A stretch of 36,168 nt of DNA from Acidimicrobiales bacterium (GTDB lineage Bacteria; Actinomycetota; Acidimicrobiia; Acidimicrobiales; Iamiaceae), in assembly GCA_038253965.1 (NCBI GenBank), contig JBBSGQ010000001.1, forward strand, positions 1 through 36,168, read 5' to 3'. The stretch's first letter is position 1; the number at the start of each line of letters is the position of its first letter. Below the pieces are notes generated by a model that was not told the DNA's origin, did no database searches, and saw only the letters and a program-made list of their open reading frames with translations. Of this stretch, positions 35,657-36,168 are shown one piece after another. The position numbers and the translations under genes were made by a program.

Positions 35657-36168
35657 CTACGTGTTGGTCTTGGTGGTCACCGCCTTGCGGAGGTTCTCGG
35701 CGCGGGCGCGGTGGGCGCGCATGCGGTAGCTCTCCCCGTCGATGTTGAACACGACGGAGCGGTGTAGGAGCCGGTCGAGCATGGCGACGGCGACGGTGGG
35801 GTCGTCGAAGATCTGGCCCCATGACGCGATGCCGAGGTTGGTGGTGAGCACGGTCGAGCTCTTCATGTAGCGCTGGGTGATGACCTGGAACAGCGCGGCG
35901 GCGGCTTCGGACGCGAGGGGCAGGTAGCCGACCTCGTCGATGATCAACAGCCGAGGCCCGGCGAAGAAGCGCATGGTGGTCGCCCATCTGCCTTCGAGCG
36001 CGGCGCGGTGACAGCGCGCCGCGAGGTCCGCGGCGGTGGTGTAGTAGGTGCGGTAGCCGGCATCGACGGAGGCGTGGCCCAGGCCGACGGCGAGCATCGT
36101 CTTGCCGACGCCGGGCGGCCCGATCAACAGGACGTTGCCGTGCTCTGCGACGAAGCGCAGTGTCGCGA
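35657..36168 (-). CDS. istB: IS21-family helper ATPase IstB (5' end outside window)
   Basis: ...NVLLIGPPGVGKTMLAVGLG (Walker A), LLIIDEVGYLP (Walker B), ...TTNL....W..IF.D...A.AMLDRLLHRS..F.I.GESYR. The frame stays open to the window edge. Stop TAG at 35657-35659. Confidence 0.9.
   Translation of the reverse strand, partial: ATLRFVAEHGNVLLIGPPGVGKTMLAVGLGHASVDAGYRTYYTTAADLAARCHRAALEGRWATTMRFFAGPRLLIIDEVGYLPLASEAAAALFQVITQRYMKSSTVLTTNLGIASWGQIFDDPTVAVAMLDRLLHRSVVFNIDGESYRMRAHRARAENLRKAVTTKTNT

Larger units (their letters stand above)
35586..36168 (-). mobile_element. IS21-family insertion sequence, istB-proximal end (partial; continues past the window edge)
   Basis: Based on the istB gene plus the downstream subterminal repeat-like sequences. 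The exact terminus is undetermined because the other end and istA are outside the window. Confidence 0.55.

Noticed and set aside
1-36168. CRISPR arrays, rRNA genes, long tandem repeats
   Set aside because: No regularly spaced direct repeats or rRNA-like conserved blocks were noticed. The few non-coding stretches are short, apart from 34699-35656 and 29140-29528.

Overview
This is a GC-rich, strongly GC3-biased chromosomal segment of actinobacterial type. All calls come from reading the supplied six-frame translations and the DNA by eye; no searches were run. The backbone is a dispersed purine-biosynthesis supercluster on the + strand: purA-purD-purE-purB-purC, purS-purQ, purL and purF-purM. 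Three unrelated minus-strand insertions interrupt it: a GNAT acetyltransferase, a small basic coiled-coil protein, and maf-dus. The left part holds the clpB 3' end, a large double-FtsX permease, an EF-G paralogue and a signalling trio (GAF-ANTAR, PAS-GGDEF, PQQ-like beta-propeller lipoprotein). The right part holds a bldC-like regulator, malic enzyme, a HAD hydrolase, an SDR and a second paralogous double-FtsX permease. The most interesting locus is a translationally coupled minus-strand operon: a DUF4397 surface protein, a class F sortase and an uncharacterised membrane-anchored beta-rich protein. Several gene-decay and mobile-DNA signatures cluster on the right. These are a frameshifted, truncated ParA remnant, an SRPBCC gene with an in-frame TAG, a GH43 remnant, an orphan tRNA-Phe 3' half (likely an att relic) and the end of an IS21-family element running off the window. 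No CRISPR array, rRNA or intact tRNA was seen. Many very long antisense ORFs are high-GC artefacts.
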